The notes beneath the pieces were generated by a model. The model saw only the letters and a program-made list of their open reading frames with translations. It was not told the DNA's origin and searched no databases. A stretch of 64,000 nt of DNA from Methanotrichaceae archaeon. GTDB taxonomy: Archaea > Halobacteriota > Methanosarcinia > Methanotrichales > Methanotrichaceae. A program made the position numbers and the translations under genes. Shown here one piece after another: positions 37,152 through 48,528 of this stretch. The stretch lies in contig JALHSR010000285.1 in NCBI GenBank assembly GCA_022865315.1, positions 1,626 through 65,625 on the forward strand, given 5' to 3'. Within the stretch, counting starts at the first letter, position 1; every line of letters starts with the position of its first letter.

Positions 37152-39177
37152 ACCCGTAAAGATGAGTCGTGTAGTCGTCGCCGGGTCGAAGGACATTATT
37201 GAACCTGTTATCGAGAAGCTCCATGAGATTCGCTTGTTACATATTGTCAACTTTGATGGCAGCGAGCCTGGATTTGATCTTGGCAAACCTATCGGCAAAG
37301 CCAAGGAATATTCAGAGGATCTAATAAAACTTAGATCCATGTCCAGGTATCTAAATATTAAGGTAAAGGCGCCTGAGAAGACTTACCCTGAGTCGCAAGT
37401 CCAATCGGAAATGGATAACTTGCTAAATAGTGTAAGCTCCAATGTAATAGCGAGCTATGAGCGAATTGCTGAAATTGTTACCGAAATTAAGTTAAAGCAG
37501 GATCAGATTAAGGGAATCAAGCCTCTGGCGGTTCTGCCACTGCAATTGGAAGCATACTATGGTTATGATTCGTTAGCTGTTTTCGTAGGCACAGCAACTT
37601 CAGCAGTAGATGCTGATGTAGCAAAGGTTTCTTCTGTAAATGAGGTTTATTCCGCTGGCACTAAAGCCGGTACGGTTGTTGCAGTGTTTGTGCCCATTGA
37701 AAAAGCCAGTGAGGTATCTTCTGTCCTAGCTGAACACGGTTTTAGTGAAATATCGGTTCCAAGGATAGAAGGTAGCGTTGACTCGGCAATGGCCGCATTA
37801 GAAGCCGGAATCAAGAACCTTGAGAATGAGAAAGCTCCTCTTCAGAAGAAACTAGCTGATACGAAGAAACAATACGAGAATCTTATTCTGGCGACGGATG
37901 AGTACTTATCAATAGAAACTCAGAAGACCGAGGCCCCTTTGAGGTTCGCCGAAACGACCAACGCGTTCGTTATTGATGGCTGGGTTCCAAGCGATCAGTT
38001 TAACAGGCTAAAGAGTGATCTTGAAAGTGCTGCGGGTGGAAAGGTTGACGTCCAGTTGATCGACGAAAAAGAGGCTGAACACCTAGTGGAGCGCGGTGAG
38101 GACGTTCCAACCAAAATAGAAAATGCCAGCATATCTAGGCCATACGAACTGATTACGCGCCTATTCGCCATACCTGAGTATAAAGAGTTCGATCCAACGC
38201 TTTTGGTTTTCATATTCTTCCCGATCATGTTTGGCATGATCTTGGGAGACATGGGATATGGAATTACGATCCTAGTGGTCCTGCTCGCTTTAAAAAGGAA
38301 GTTCAGGACGCCTGGATGGCAGCAGCTTATCAATTTAGTGATTCTGGCTTCAATATGGTCGGTCATCTTTGGATTTCTTTTCGGAGAGATCTTTGGTCCG
38401 CTTGGTTTATGGGGGCCAATCTTTGGTAATTTGCCCGAAGCATCGATTATCAAGTTGGAAGAAGAGGGAATGTTCTTCGGCGAAGGTGTTTATGGATCGC
38501 TTGGTCGGGTTGGTCCGCTTGAGTGTTTCCCGTTATACAGGCTAGCTACAAATGCCGTTCTGCTGTTAATTGGTGTTAGCCTCTATATTGGCGTTATTCA
38601 TACGGGACTAGGGTCCATCTTGGGCATCAAGACTGAACTCAACTATGGTGAGAAAAAACATGCCTACTTCGAGAGGCTGCCTGTGCTTCTCTTCCAGGTT
38701 TCCTTTGCTCTGCTCCTCTTAGCCCTTGTCGTGGCTAATTGGAATCTAGTGTTAGCGGGCATTGCCGTCATAGTGATTTCGCTAGTAATGATGGTAATAG
38801 GACCCGAAGGAGTAATGGGTGCGACTCACGTGCCATTTTATGTAAGCAACTTGATATCGTACCTGAGACTTTTGGCAATTGGTCTGGCCTCAATTGGTCT
38901 GGCATTCGCAGCCAATCAGCTGGCGTTCTATGTCATTATGCCCATGTTAAGCGGTGGAGCGACAAATAGTGCAGAATTCACAACAGTTGCGATCGTTGTA
39001 GGTATTATTGTACTGGTGTTAGTGCACTTCATCAACTTGCTGCTGGGAATTTTGTCTCCATTTATGCATCCTTTGAGGTTGCATTATGTGGAGATGTTCA
39101 CAAAATTCTATAGTGCGCACGGCGGTGGAGTTGAATATTCGCCCTTCGGACATGTCCGAAGGTATCTGAAAGTATGA
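37144..39177 (+). CDS. atpI: A-type ATP synthase subunit I (a)
   Basis: MLRPVKM, DPT..FP.MFGMILGDMGYG, SYLRLLA, LRLHYVE.FTKFY. Confidence 0.95.
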   Translation: MLRPVKMSRVVVAGSKDIIEPVIEKLHEIRLLHIVNFDGSEPGFDLGKPIGKAKEYSEDLIKLRSMSRYLNIKVKAPEKTYPESQVQSEMDNLLNSVSSNVIASYERIAEIVTEIKLKQDQIKGIKPLAVLPLQLEAYYGYDSLAVFVGTATSAVDADVAKVSSVNEVYSAGTKAGTVVAVFVPIEKASEVSSVLAEHGFSEISVPRIEGSVDSAMAALEAGIKNLENEKAPLQKKLADTKKQYENLILATDEYLSIETQKTEAPLRFAETTNAFVIDGWVPSDQFNRLKSDLESAAGGKVDVQLIDEKEAEHLVERGEDVPTKIENASISRPYELITRLFAIPEYKEFDPTLLVFIFFPIMFGMILGDMGYGITILVVLLALKRKFRTPGWQQLINLVILASIWSVIFGFLFGEIFGPLGLWGPIFGNLPEASIIKLEEEGMFFGEGVYGSLGRVGPLECFPLYRLATNAVLLLIGVSLYIGVIHTGLGSILGIKTELNYGEKKHAYFERLPVLLFQVSFALLLLALVVANWNLVLAGIAVIVISLVMMVIGPEGVMGATHVPFYVSNLISYLRLLAIGLASIGLAFAANQLAFYVIMPMLSGGATNSAEFTTVAIVVGIIVLVLVHFINLLLGILSPFMHPLRLHYVEMFTKFYSAHGGGVEYSPFGHVRRYLKV

Positions 39178-39205
39178 AGTTAACAGAAAAGGAGGATTGA
39201 AGAAA

Positions 39206-39466
39206 ATGGCAGTAGAAACTATTACGGACGGTGGAATACTATACGGACTCATAGCTGTAGGTGCTGGCTTGGCAACTGGTCTTGCCGGTATCGGTGCGGG
39301 TGTAGGTGAGCAGGGTATCGGGGCTGCAGTAGTCGGCGTCGTGGCAGAGGAGCCCGGCTTCCTAGGCAAGGGTCTGTTCCTCATGCTGCTTCCTGAGACT
39401 CTGATCATCTTCGGACTTGCCGTCTCGTTGATCCTAATGTTCGCCTGGACACCCTTTTTAGTTTAA
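39206..39466 (+). CDS. atpK: A-type ATP synthase subunit K (c, proteolipid), single hairpin
   Basis: GAGLATGLAGIGAG.GE, LPETLIIFGL; GGAGG RBS. Confidence 0.93.
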   Translation: MAVETITDGGILYGLIAVGAGLATGLAGIGAGVGEQGIGAAVVGVVAEEPGFLGKGLFLMLLPETLIIFGLAVSLILMFAWTPFLV

Positions 39467-39490
39467 AAAATGCGTAGCGGGTGAGAGGCA

Positions 39491-40039
39491 ATGGCACTAG
39501 ACGCAGTGGTTGAGTCAATACTTGCAACTAGCAAGGACAAAGTGACTCAGATAAACTCTGAAGCTGACCGGGATTTTGCAGGAATGCTCAAAGAAGCCAG
39601 AGAACGTGCCGCCGAAATCAAGTCTAGGAAAGAGGCAGAGGTAGGACATGCTATAGAGGCCATGGAGAGGAGGGAAATATCCAGCGCCAACTTGGAGGTA
39701 AAGAGAGCCGAGTTGAGCGTCCATAAGGACCTCTTGGAGCAAGCTAGGGTTAAACTCAATGAGAAGATCAAAGATCTTCCCAAGAAGGATAACGAAGCAA
39801 TGCTCAAAAAGCTGCTCGAGCCCTACAATCTCAAGGATATGAAAGTCTATTCCAATAAAGGGGATGAGGCTTTCGTATCCTCTCTCGTCCCTAATTATGG
39901 CGGGAACCTGGACATCACGGGCGGTGTAGTAGTCGAGAGCAAGGATGGGTCTTTGCGATACGATCTAACCTACGAGACACTTGCACGTGAGGTTTTCAGC
40001 GGCCAGATGAAAGAGGTCTCCAAGATCTTGTTCGGGTGA
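39491..40039 (+). CDS. atpE: A-type ATP synthase subunit E
   Basis: [10 protein letters not shown]-terminal coiled coil, [10 protein letters not shown]...DLTYE. Confidence 0.92.
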   Translation: MALDAVVESILATSKDKVTQINSEADRDFAGMLKEARERAAEIKSRKEAEVGHAIEAMERREISSANLEVKRAELSVHKDLLEQARVKLNEKIKDLPKKDNEAMLKKLLEPYNLKDMKVYSNKGDEAFVSSLVPNYGGNLDITGGVVVESKDGSLRYDLTYETLAREVFSGQMKEVSKILFG

Positions 40040-40044
40040 GGACA

Positions 40045-41094
40045 ATGCCGGTACTACGATTACCAAAATTCGGGAAACCGGTGAAGTACGCTTACATCAC
40101 GGGCAGGGTCAGAGCGATGAAGACTAAGCTTATTCCTGGTGAAATGTACCAGAGAATGATGGCTATGGATGTATCCGAGATCGCCAGGTATCTAGAGGAG
40201 ACCCAATATAAGGATGAGATCGACACTTTGTCAAAAGATTACTCTGGAACAGAACTTATCGAGCATGCGACATTCGCTAATCTGGCAAAGATTTACGGAA
40301 AATTGCTTGCAGTATCTATTGATGAACCGAGTTTTCTTATTCTGGAGTATTTGAGACGATGGGACATATGGAACATAAAGACTATATTGCGTGGTAAGTT
40401 CTACGGAGCCGATGAAACAGAGATTGCAAAGTATCTAGTTCCTGCCGGCGAGTTAAATATGGAGTATTTATCCGAATTGGCAAAGAAGGAGTCAATTCAA
40501 GAGGTCATTTCGGCCCTTGAAGGCAGCGATCTTGCCCCAGCGCTAGCTAATTATGATGGAAAGAGTCTTGCACCGATTGAGAACGCCCTTGACAAGCTTT
40601 ATTACTTCCGTATGGAAAGAGCAGTGGGCGGTACGCTATCTGTGGGTGGCGGCCTTTTGCTAAAGTATGTTCGAAAGGAAATCGACATAAAGAATTTGAT
40701 AACTCTTTTCAGGATGAATAAGGCAGGTGTTGAGGCCAGTATTATTCAAGAAAACCTCATCCCTGGCGGAAAGCTTTACGAAGATCTTAATCGTCTTGCT
40801 GGCCAGCCGTTTGGCGAGTTCCTCCGCAGCCTTGAAGGTTATCCCTTCTGGTCATCGATCTCTGATATTGCAACACCGGACATTGAGGCAATCAGTAGGG
40901 TCGAGGCCCGATTGAAGGCGTACCTAATTAGATATGCGTGGGCTCTTTCGAATTATCATCCGTTATCAATCCTGCCCGTGCTCGGGTATATGGTTAGCAA
41001 GGAGACTGAGGTTTCGAATATCAGGAAGATAGTCCGAGGAAAGGAGGCTGGACTTCCTGCTGAACTAATAGAGGAGCAAGTGGTGGTGGCTTAA
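40045..41094 (+). CDS. atpC: A-type ATP synthase subunit C
   Basis: [39 protein letters not shown]. Confidence 0.93.
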   Translation: MPVLRLPKFGKPVKYAYITGRVRAMKTKLIPGEMYQRMMAMDVSEIARYLEETQYKDEIDTLSKDYSGTELIEHATFANLAKIYGKLLAVSIDEPSFLILEYLRRWDIWNIKTILRGKFYGADETEIAKYLVPAGELNMEYLSELAKKESIQEVISALEGSDLAPALANYDGKSLAPIENALDKLYYFRMERAVGGTLSVGGGLLLKYVRKEIDIKNLITLFRMNKAGVEASIIQENLIPGGKLYEDLNRLAGQPFGEFLRSLEGYPFWSSISDIATPDIEAISRVEARLKAYLIRYAWALSNYHPLSILPVLGYMVSKETEVSNIRKIVRGKEAGLPAELIEEQVVVA

Positions 41095-41393
41095 TGGAGA
41101 TTGCATTTGTAGGTGATATTAATGCAGTCCTCGGATTTAACTTGGCGGGCATAAAGAAGGCCTATCCGACCAAGACCGATGAGGAATTGGTTTCTAAGAT
41201 TAACGATGTTATGGCCGATTCCAATGTGGGCATCCTGGTTTTAAAGCAATCAGATTATAATAGGCTACCCAAACGAATGCAGGGACAGCTGTCTGAATCT
41301 ACCCGGCCCACAATAATTTCCATAGGAACTGAGCAAAGCACTGAACTGAGAGAGAAGATTAAGAGAGCAATAGGTGTTGATTTATGGAAGTAG
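41094..41393 (+). CDS. atpF: A-type ATP synthase subunit F
   Basis: MEIA.VGD....GF.LAG, LREKIKRAIGVDLW. Confidence 0.93.
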   Translation: MEIAFVGDINAVLGFNLAGIKKAYPTKTDEELVSKINDVMADSNVGILVLKQSDYNRLPKRMQGQLSESTRPTIISIGTEQSTELREKIKRAIGVDLWK

Positions 41394-43117
41394 TAGGATC
41401 TGTTAAGCGAGTTGCAGGGCCGGTTGTTCATGCCACAGGCCTGAAGGCGAACATGTATGATCTGGTCCTGGTAGGCAAAGAAGGGCTGATGAGCGAAGTC
41501 ATCGGCATTGCTGGAGAAAGACATATTATTCAAGTATACGAGGACACTTCTGGTGTCAAGCCGGGTGAGCCGGTAAAGGAGACTGGAGGGCCCCTAGTTG
41601 CACAGCTTGGGCCAGGGATTCTAACTACCATCTATGATGGCATCCAGCGGCCATTACCTCTGCTGGCAGAGAAGTCTGGAGACTTCGTAAGTAGAGGTCT
41701 CTTCGTTGATGGCATTGATCATAAGAAGAAGTGGGAGTTCATTCCGGTAGTTAAGAAAGGCGATATAGTCAAGCCTGGGCAGTCCCTGGGGCTGGTCCAA
41801 GAACAACTTTTGATCAAGCACAAGATCATGGTCCCACCAAGACACAAAGGTGGAACTGTAAAAGAGATTTATTCTGGAAATTTCACTGTGGACGAGACTG
41901 TATGCGAACTAGAAGATGGATCTAAGCTTACTATGCTCCAGAAGTGGCCGATCCGGGTGCCAAGGCCTGTAAACAAGAAGCTTCCGCCTAGCATACCTCT
42001 TAGAAGCGGGCAACGGGTCATTGACGGATTCTTCCCCCTTGCAAAGGGTGGAACTGCCGCAATTCCTGGCGGGTTTGGAACTGGGAAGACTGTCATGCAA
42101 CAGACCCTCTCCAAGTTTGCCGAAGTTGATGTTGTGATCTTCGTTGGTTGTGGTGAACGCGGTAATGAGATGGCAGATTTGCTCCATGAGTTCCCAGAAC
42201 TTATCGATCCGAAGACGGGCAGGCCTTTGATGGAACGATCCATAGTCTATGCCAATACTTCAAATATGCCTGTCGCTGCAAGGGAAGCGTCTGTTTATAC
42301 AGGTATTACCACAGCAGAATATTACAGGGACATGGGATATGATACCATGCTGACTGCAGACTCTACATCAAGATGGGCTGAGGCTATGAGAGAGCTCGCT
42401 TCGAGACTTGAAGAGATGCCTGGCGAGGAAGGATTCCCAGCTTATCTATCTGCCAGGCTTGCCGACTTTTATGAAAGGTCAGGAAGAGTGCAGACTCTTG
42501 GCGGTGAGGAGGGTTCCGTTAGCATCATAGGTGCTGTCAGCCCACCGGGTGGCGACTTTACAGAGCCTGTGACTCAGAACACATTACGCATAACGAAGGT
42601 CTTCTGGGGTCTAGATACAAGGCTTACTCAGAGACGTCATTTTCCCTCAATTAACTGGCTAGAGAGCTACTCGCTATACGAACAAGACCTTGAGCCATGG
42701 TTCACTGAGAACGTGGATGCAGATTGGGTCAAGAATAAGAGGCGGGCCATGGCCATACTTCAGGAAAATGCCGAGCTGGAAGAGATTGTGATGCTTGTCG
42801 GTTCTGATGCACTACCGGAGGAGCAACAGCTGACATTGGAAGTGGCCAGGATGATCATCAATTACTGGCTCGCACAGAGCGCTTTCCATCCAGTGGATAG
42901 TACTGCCACGTTTAAGAAACAGTTTGACCTGCTTGCTTCACTCCTTAAGTACAGAGACTATGCTTTCGATGCGTTGGCGAAAGGCGTACCTATAGATACT
43001 ATCAAGAGCACACCATCCAAAGATGCATTGGCCAAGATCAAATTGGAGGAAGACTATGTGCCGGTGCTGCAGAATGTGCTTGCCCAGATGGATGCCGAGT
43101 TCAAGGCCATGAAGTGA
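41384..43117 (+). CDS. atpA: A-type ATP synthase subunit A
   Basis: GGFGTGKT Walker A, GCGERGNE, NTSNMPVAAREAS, DSTSRWAEA; no intein. Confidence 0.97.
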   Translation: MEVVGSVKRVAGPVVHATGLKANMYDLVLVGKEGLMSEVIGIAGERHIIQVYEDTSGVKPGEPVKETGGPLVAQLGPGILTTIYDGIQRPLPLLAEKSGDFVSRGLFVDGIDHKKKWEFIPVVKKGDIVKPGQSLGLVQEQLLIKHKIMVPPRHKGGTVKEIYSGNFTVDETVCELEDGSKLTMLQKWPIRVPRPVNKKLPPSIPLRSGQRVIDGFFPLAKGGTAAIPGGFGTGKTVMQQTLSKFAEVDVVIFVGCGERGNEMADLLHEFPELIDPKTGRPLMERSIVYANTSNMPVAAREASVYTGITTAEYYRDMGYDTMLTADSTSRWAEAMRELASRLEEMPGEEGFPAYLSARLADFYERSGRVQTLGGEEGSVSIIGAVSPPGGDFTEPVTQNTLRITKVFWGLDTRLTQRRHFPSINWLESYSLYEQDLEPWFTENVDADWVKNKRRAMAILQENAELEEIVMLVGSDALPEEQQLTLEVARMIINYWLAQSAFHPVDSTATFKKQFDLLASLLKYRDYAFDALAKGVPIDTIKSTPSKDALAKIKLEEDYVPVLQNVLAQMDAEFKAMK

Positions 43118-43129
43118 GGAGGATTCATA

Positions 43130-44530
43130 ATGACCAAGGAATACAAGACTATTAATGAGATTGCGGGGCCTCTGATCTTCGTAGAGAAGATGGAGCCTGT
43201 GGGGTTTGGTGAGTTAGTGGAGATCAGAATGTCGACTGGAGAGATGAAGAGAGGGCAAGTTCTGGATACTTCGGACGAGATAGTGGTAGTCCAGGTATTT
43301 GAGGGAACTGGCGGTCTCTCCAGGGCCAGCACTGTGAGATTCACCGGGGACGTCATTAAGATGCCTCTCTCTCCAGGTATAATTGGTAGGGTCCTCTCTG
43401 GATCAGGCAGGCCAAGAGACGGCGGGCCGCCAATAGTTCCAGAAATAGAAAGAGAGATAATTGGCGCAGCTATCAACCCTGCCCAAAGGGCAAAGCCTAG
43501 AGCTTTTATTCAGACCGGTATCTCCACAATTGATGGAACAAATACTTTGGTTAGGGGCCAGAAGCTACCTATCTTTTCTGGTTCAGGGCTTCCGCACAAT
43601 GATGTTGCTTTGCAGATCGCTCGGCAAGCCAAGGTATTGGGTGAGGCCGAAGCGTTCGCAGTGGTCTTCTGTGCCATGGGAATAACCAACGAGGAAGCTC
43701 AGCATTTCATGGCGGACTTCGAAAGAACGGGCGCCCTAGAGAGAGCTGTTATTTTCCTTAACCTGGCTGATGATCCTGCTGTAGAGAGGTTGCTCACGCC
43801 CAAGTTGGGTTTAACAACAGCAGAGTATCTGGCATTTGACCTGGACATGCACGTACTGGTTATTTACACCGATATGACAAACTATTGCGAGTCTTTGAGG
43901 CAGATGGGAGCGGCTCGTGAGGAAGTTCCTGGTCGGCGCGGTTATCCGGGATATATGTATACCGATCTCGCAACAAACTACGAGCGTGCAGGGATCATCA
44001 AAGGCAAAAAAGGATCAATTACTCAATTCCCCATTCTTACAATGCCTGGTGACGACATAACCCATCCCATTCCAGATCTGTCTGGATACATTACTGAAGG
44101 CCAGCTGATTGTATCCCGAGAGCTTCATAGGAAGGGCATCTATCCACCTATTGACATCCGACCATCTCTGTCAAGGCTGATGAATTCCGGAATCGGCAAG
44201 GGTCATACTCGTGAGGATCACAGGGCGGTCTCCGATCAGTTGTATGCCTACTACGCTGAAGGTTGCGATCTGAGGGGCCTAGCGGCCATCGTCGGCAAAG
44301 AAGCACTGTCAGAGCGCGATAAACTCATCCTGGAGTTTGCTGATCGATTCGAAAGGAGGTTTATCAATCAGGGCAGGGAGGAGGACAGGTCCATCATCGA
44401 GACCCTGACCATTGGATGGGATCTACTCTCGATGCTGCCTGAGACGATGTTAACGAGGATTGACGACAAATACATCAAAGTATACCATCCCAAATACGCA
44501 AGCGCGGCTAAGGCGGAAGAGAAGACGTGA
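43130..44530 (+). CDS. atpB: A-type ATP synthase subunit B
   Basis: [45 protein letters not shown]. Confidence 0.97.
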   Translation: MTKEYKTINEIAGPLIFVEKMEPVGFGELVEIRMSTGEMKRGQVLDTSDEIVVVQVFEGTGGLSRASTVRFTGDVIKMPLSPGIIGRVLSGSGRPRDGGPPIVPEIEREIIGAAINPAQRAKPRAFIQTGISTIDGTNTLVRGQKLPIFSGSGLPHNDVALQIARQAKVLGEAEAFAVVFCAMGITNEEAQHFMADFERTGALERAVIFLNLADDPAVERLLTPKLGLTTAEYLAFDLDMHVLVIYTDMTNYCESLRQMGAAREEVPGRRGYPGYMYTDLATNYERAGIIKGKKGSITQFPILTMPGDDITHPIPDLSGYITEGQLIVSRELHRKGIYPPIDIRPSLSRLMNSGIGKGHTREDHRAVSDQLYAYYAEGCDLRGLAAIVGKEALSERDKLILEFADRFERRFINQGREEDRSIIETLTIGWDLLSMLPETMLTRIDDKYIKVYHPKYASAAKAEEKT

Positions 44531-44534
44531 GACC

Positions 44535-45224
44535 ATGGTCGTAATTAGAGGAACAAAGCCGACCAGAGCGGTTCTGATCGCCCTGCGAAGGAGGATCAAA
44601 GTAGCCCAGACCGGCCACGAGCTCCTCAAAATGAAGCGTGACGGTCTCATGGTCGAATTTTTTGAGGTGTTGAATAAGGCCAGGACTGTCCGCAAGGAAC
44701 TGGTGGATGCTCTGATCAAGGCTGAACAAAGATTGAACATAGCTAAAGCCACGGAAGGCACGGTGACCATTAACAGTGTGGCCTATGCACTGCAGAAAGA
44801 GCCCGCTATTGAGCTTTCCTCCAGAAACATTATGGGAGTAGTTGTCCCCAAGATAACGGCGGATTCAGTGCAGAAGAAGATATTCGAGCGTGGCTACGGA
44901 ATCATAGGTACAAGTTCGGCCATCGATGAGGCGGCCGATGCCTATGAGACTCTTGTAGACAAAGTCGTTATTGCTGCAGAGGTAGAGACCGTACTGATAA
45001 GGCTAGTAAAGGATATCGAGAGCACCAAGAGACGTGTCAACGCCTTAGAATTCAAGGTCATACCGGATATCAGGGATACCATCAGGTTTATCAGCTTCGC
45101 GCTAGAGGAGATGGACCGGGACAGCATTGTCAGGCTGAAAAAGCTTAAAGGAAAAGCCCAGAAACGTGCTAGAGCAGAGGAGGCTAAAAGGGCTGCTGAG
45201 GCTGTCGCCGCCGGAGTGGCTTGA
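44535..45224 (+). CDS. atpD: A-type ATP synthase subunit D
   Basis: KPTR..L, GH.LLK.KRD.L, NIMGVVVP, TKRRVNALE; start set at ATG 44535. Confidence 0.95.
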   Translation: MVVIRGTKPTRAVLIALRRRIKVAQTGHELLKMKRDGLMVEFFEVLNKARTVRKELVDALIKAEQRLNIAKATEGTVTINSVAYALQKEPAIELSSRNIMGVVVPKITADSVQKKIFERGYGIIGTSSAIDEAADAYETLVDKVVIAAEVETVLIRLVKDIESTKRRVNALEFKVIPDIRDTIRFISFALEEMDRDSIVRLKKLKGKAQKRARAEEAKRAAEAVAAGVA

Positions 45225-45252
45225 GCCACTCATCAACATTCTTTTTTTCGAA

Positions 45253-45444
45253 ATGCCAAACAAAATAAATAATTGGGTCGATAAGAAATCCGAAGAGTGG
45301 TTCGGAACGGCCGAGAAGAAGATGCGGTTGCTGCAGTATGGAGTTTATATTAGCAACATTTATGCATTTTTCGGAGTGATGTTCCTCATTTGGGTACTCT
45401 TCCATGAACAGTTAACTGAGATTTGGCTGAATCTAACTAAGTAA
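45253..45444 (+). CDS. Small single-pass membrane protein (63 aa), hypothetical
   Basis: ATG 28 bp after the atpD stop; one hydrophobic segment (VYISNIYAFFGVMFLIWVLF). Confidence 0.5.
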   Translation: MPNKINNWVDKKSEEWFGTAEKKMRLLQYGVYISNIYAFFGVMFLIWVLFHEQLTEIWLNLTK

Positions 45445-45937
45445 GGCTAGCCAATTTGTTTGATAAAGGTTTCAATAGTTCCTTTTCATCTTGTCTATAC
45501 TCGCAGAATTATTAGCTATCGTTTAGGTTGAAGTAGATTGCTTACATTAGGCAAAAAATTCTTTACCAATTTGGCGAGTCATTCAAATCGCCTAATCCAA
45601 ATAATTGTACTCGTTGATGCTTAGATCCTGGTAGTCGATATTTGCTTAGTTTATAATATTTTACAAATCTTGACGCTTGAGAGTGTTATTTTGTCGCTAA
45701 TAGATCTCTTGCTTACCTTATAACTGCTTATTGAACAGCTGAAATAGAGCTATAAATGAGTTAATTAATCGATCAATGTGCATTTGTGCATTAAAATAGC
45801 GATTTCGAAAAATCCATTCAGTGAAACATAAAGCAATGATTAGCGAAATCCTGAAGGTTATTATATTTTGGGAGAAATGCCAGGAGGACCGAAATTCACT
45901 CATATAAGAAACATTTTAAAATAATCTGCAAATTGTT

Positions 45938-47071
45938 TTATTCAATCTCGGATGCAGCTTTTACATGTTTCAATTGAGCAATTCGATATCCAGTAACAAC
46001 TTGCCTTTTCCCGGATAATGTCTTATCGAGCTCATGATCGCTTGTATAGACCAATAGCTGCGTAAGCTCATTAAGTTTGTGAGGTGTGGATACAATAATT
46101 AAGTTCTCTGTGCCTATCCGCCGCAATACTGAAGCGCTTATTTGGGGTACTCCCCTCCCTAGAATAAAACCCTGGGCTCCTATTGGACTTACAATAATCT
46201 TGAATTTTTCCTCTGCATTCAATAGTTTTAGTAGGTCCCTCTCTGATGCATCTCTCAAGATCAGCTTCCCATTTTTGATAACATCTACGCCAAGCAAGGT
46301 CTTCTCTAATCCTAGGACATTGGCAATCTTGCTGGTGGTCGTTCCAGCTCCGAGAATGTATATAGAGCCATCTTGCATGAATTCTTTAGCGAAAAATGCT
46401 ATCTGATCTTTAAAACTCTCTTCACTATCCGATTGATAGATCCTCTTCCTTTCCTGAACTAAAACTGGCTTGTAAGGAGTCTTGGCCATTGAATATAACC
46501 TAGTTTCAAGCTCGCCTTGGCGATATTTTTCTTCATCGACATCCAAGATTTCGGTTTCTCTGGTCTTCAATTCTCCTCTAATATAGCCAATGGCCAAATC
46601 AGCTGCTGCTTCGGGACTAATTGCAAAAACGCCAGAATGCATCTTTACACCAGCTGGAATGCCCAATATTGGAATGGAATCTACAACCGAAGCCACGTCA
46701 CGGGCAGTCCCATCTCCTCCACAGAATACCGCTAGATGGGCGTGATCACGTATGAAAGCTTTACAAGTGGCTCGAGTGTCGTTAGCACTTGATGGCTCGG
46801 TGGCATGGTATACTATATTGAATTGCAGTTCGCACTCTTTCAAAACCTTTTCTCCCATCTGCCCGTTTGCTGCGAGGAATAAAAGATGGTCAGCGTGCGG
46901 TGCGATACGTTTTAGAAAAACCTTTGCTCTATCAGCAGCTATCGGTTTTGCGCCCATTGCCAATGCTTGATGGGAAAGTCCGTCGGTTCCTTTCAGTCCG
47001 ACGGTCCCACCCAAACCCGCTATAGGATTTATGAGAAAGCCGATTTTATTGAAATTTTGGCAGTTTAGCAA
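45938..47071 (-). CDS. ATP-NAD kinase family protein (AcoX-like)
   Basis: [56 protein letters not shown] start overlaps the trpB2 end. Confidence 0.85.
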   Translation of the reverse strand: MLNCQNFNKIGFLINPIAGLGGTVGLKGTDGLSHQALAMGAKPIAADRAKVFLKRIAPHADHLLFLAANGQMGEKVLKECELQFNIVYHATEPSSANDTRATCKAFIRDHAHLAVFCGGDGTARDVASVVDSIPILGIPAGVKMHSGVFAISPEAAADLAIGYIRGELKTRETEILDVDEEKYRQGELETRLYSMAKTPYKPVLVQERKRIYQSDSEESFKDQIAFFAKEFMQDGSIYILGAGTTTSKIANVLGLEKTLLGVDVIKNGKLILRDASERDLLKLLNAEEKFKIIVSPIGAQGFILGRGVPQISASVLRRIGTENLIIVSTPHKLNELTQLLVYTSDHELDKTLSGKRQVVTGYRIAQLKHVKAASEIE

Positions 47072-48401
47072 GGGATTGCTTCACCAAATTTTCGGGATAT
47101 TCGTAATCCTCTAGCTTGCCATCAAAGAAAGCATCGTAAGCGCTTAGATCAAAGTGGCCATGTCCACTCAGGCATATTAATATGGTCTTGGTCTCTCCGG
47201 TCTGTTTACAGACCAACGCTTCATCAATTGCGGGTTTAATTGCATGTGCTGATTCTGGGGCAGGGATTATTCCCTCGCTTCTGGCAAAAATGGTAGCTGC
47301 TTTGAAGACTTCATTCTGTTGGAAAGCCATAGCCTCTATTACTTTATCGTGGACCAGGTTACAGAGCAGCGGGGCATCACCATGGTATCGCAGTCCGCCG
47401 GCATGTATTCCAGGGGGCACAAAATCATGGCCAAGAGTATACATTTTTAATATAGGTGCCATGCCAGCTGTATCTCCAAAATCGTAGGCATAAAGACCCT
47501 TAGTCAAAGTAGGACAAGCAGTGGGTTCGCAGGCTACCATAACAAGATCTTTCTTATCCTTTAATTTATCGGGTATGAATGGAAAACACATCCCTGGAAA
47601 GTTGCTACCGCCACCACAACATCCGAACATGATATCTGGATAATCATCAGCCAATTCGAACTGTTTTTTCAACTCAAGGCCTTCCACAGTTTGATGGAGC
47701 AATACGTGATTTAAGACAGAACCTAACGAGTAATTTGTGTCATCATGAGTTGCAGCATCCTCTACCGCCTCCGAAATTGCAATTCCTAGACTTCCTGGAG
47801 TATCCGGCATTTCTGCTAAGACTTTTCTTCCGAAGTTAGTTGTATCTGAAGGGCTGGAGATGCACTCAGCTCCCCACGTGCGCATCATGCTTCTTCTGTA
47901 AGGTTTTTGGTCGTAACTTGATCTCACCATATAGACCTTGCATTTCATATTGAAAAGACAAGTCGCGAAGCTCAAGGCTGAACCCCATTGACCTGCTCCA
48001 GTTTCGGTTGCCAATCTTTCAATGCCTTCTTTCATATTATAATAGGCCTGGGGAATGGCAGTGTTAGGTTTATGACTACCAGCAGGACTAACACCTTCAT
48101 ATTTATAATAGATCTTGGCAGGTGTTTTCAGAGAATTTTCTAACCTAGAGGCCCTATAGAGAGGTGTTGGCCTCCAGAGGCGATATATTTCGCGAACCTC
48201 CTCTGGAATTTCTATCCACCGCTCAGTATTCATTTCTTGCCGTATGAGTTCCTTCGGGAATATGAGTTGCATGTCTTCGGCTTTTAGGGGCTGGCCGGTG
48301 CCCGGATTCAAAGGGGGGTCGAGAGGAGTTATCAAATCAGCTGCAACATTGTACCATTTCTTTGGAATCTCCTCTTCGTCTAACAAAAACTTTATTTTCA
48401 T
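47046..48401 (-). CDS. trpB2: TrpB2 (tryptophan synthase beta type 2)
   Basis: [60 protein letters not shown]. Confidence 0.95.
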   Translation of the reverse strand: MKIKFLLDEEEIPKKWYNVAADLITPLDPPLNPGTGQPLKAEDMQLIFPKELIRQEMNTERWIEIPEEVREIYRLWRPTPLYRASRLENSLKTPAKIYYKYEGVSPAGSHKPNTAIPQAYYNMKEGIERLATETGAGQWGSALSFATCLFNMKCKVYMVRSSYDQKPYRRSMMRTWGAECISSPSDTTNFGRKVLAEMPDTPGSLGIAISEAVEDAATHDDTNYSLGSVLNHVLLHQTVEGLELKKQFELADDYPDIMFGCCGGGSNFPGMCFPFIPDKLKDKKDLVMVACEPTACPTLTKGLYAYDFGDTAGMAPILKMYTLGHDFVPPGIHAGGLRYHGDAPLLCNLVHDKVIEAMAFQQNEVFKAATIFARSEGIIPAPESAHAIKPAIDEALVCKQTGETKTILICLSGHGHFDLSAYDAFFDGKLEDYEYPENLVKQSLAKLPKFQ

Positions 48402-48528
48402 TTATTGATTCTCCTAATTTATCTATAATGCTATCTTTTGCGCACTGATGATACATCTCCATCTTTATTAAATCCCTTCGTGTCTAGATCCTATTATTAA
48501 ATGGGTTTAGAAAGAACATTTATTTATC

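Noticed and set aside
41384..43117. Inteins in atpA (also rfcS and tfb), which are common intein hosts
   Set aside because: Protein lengths are normal and there are no C..HN-C/S/T splice motifs
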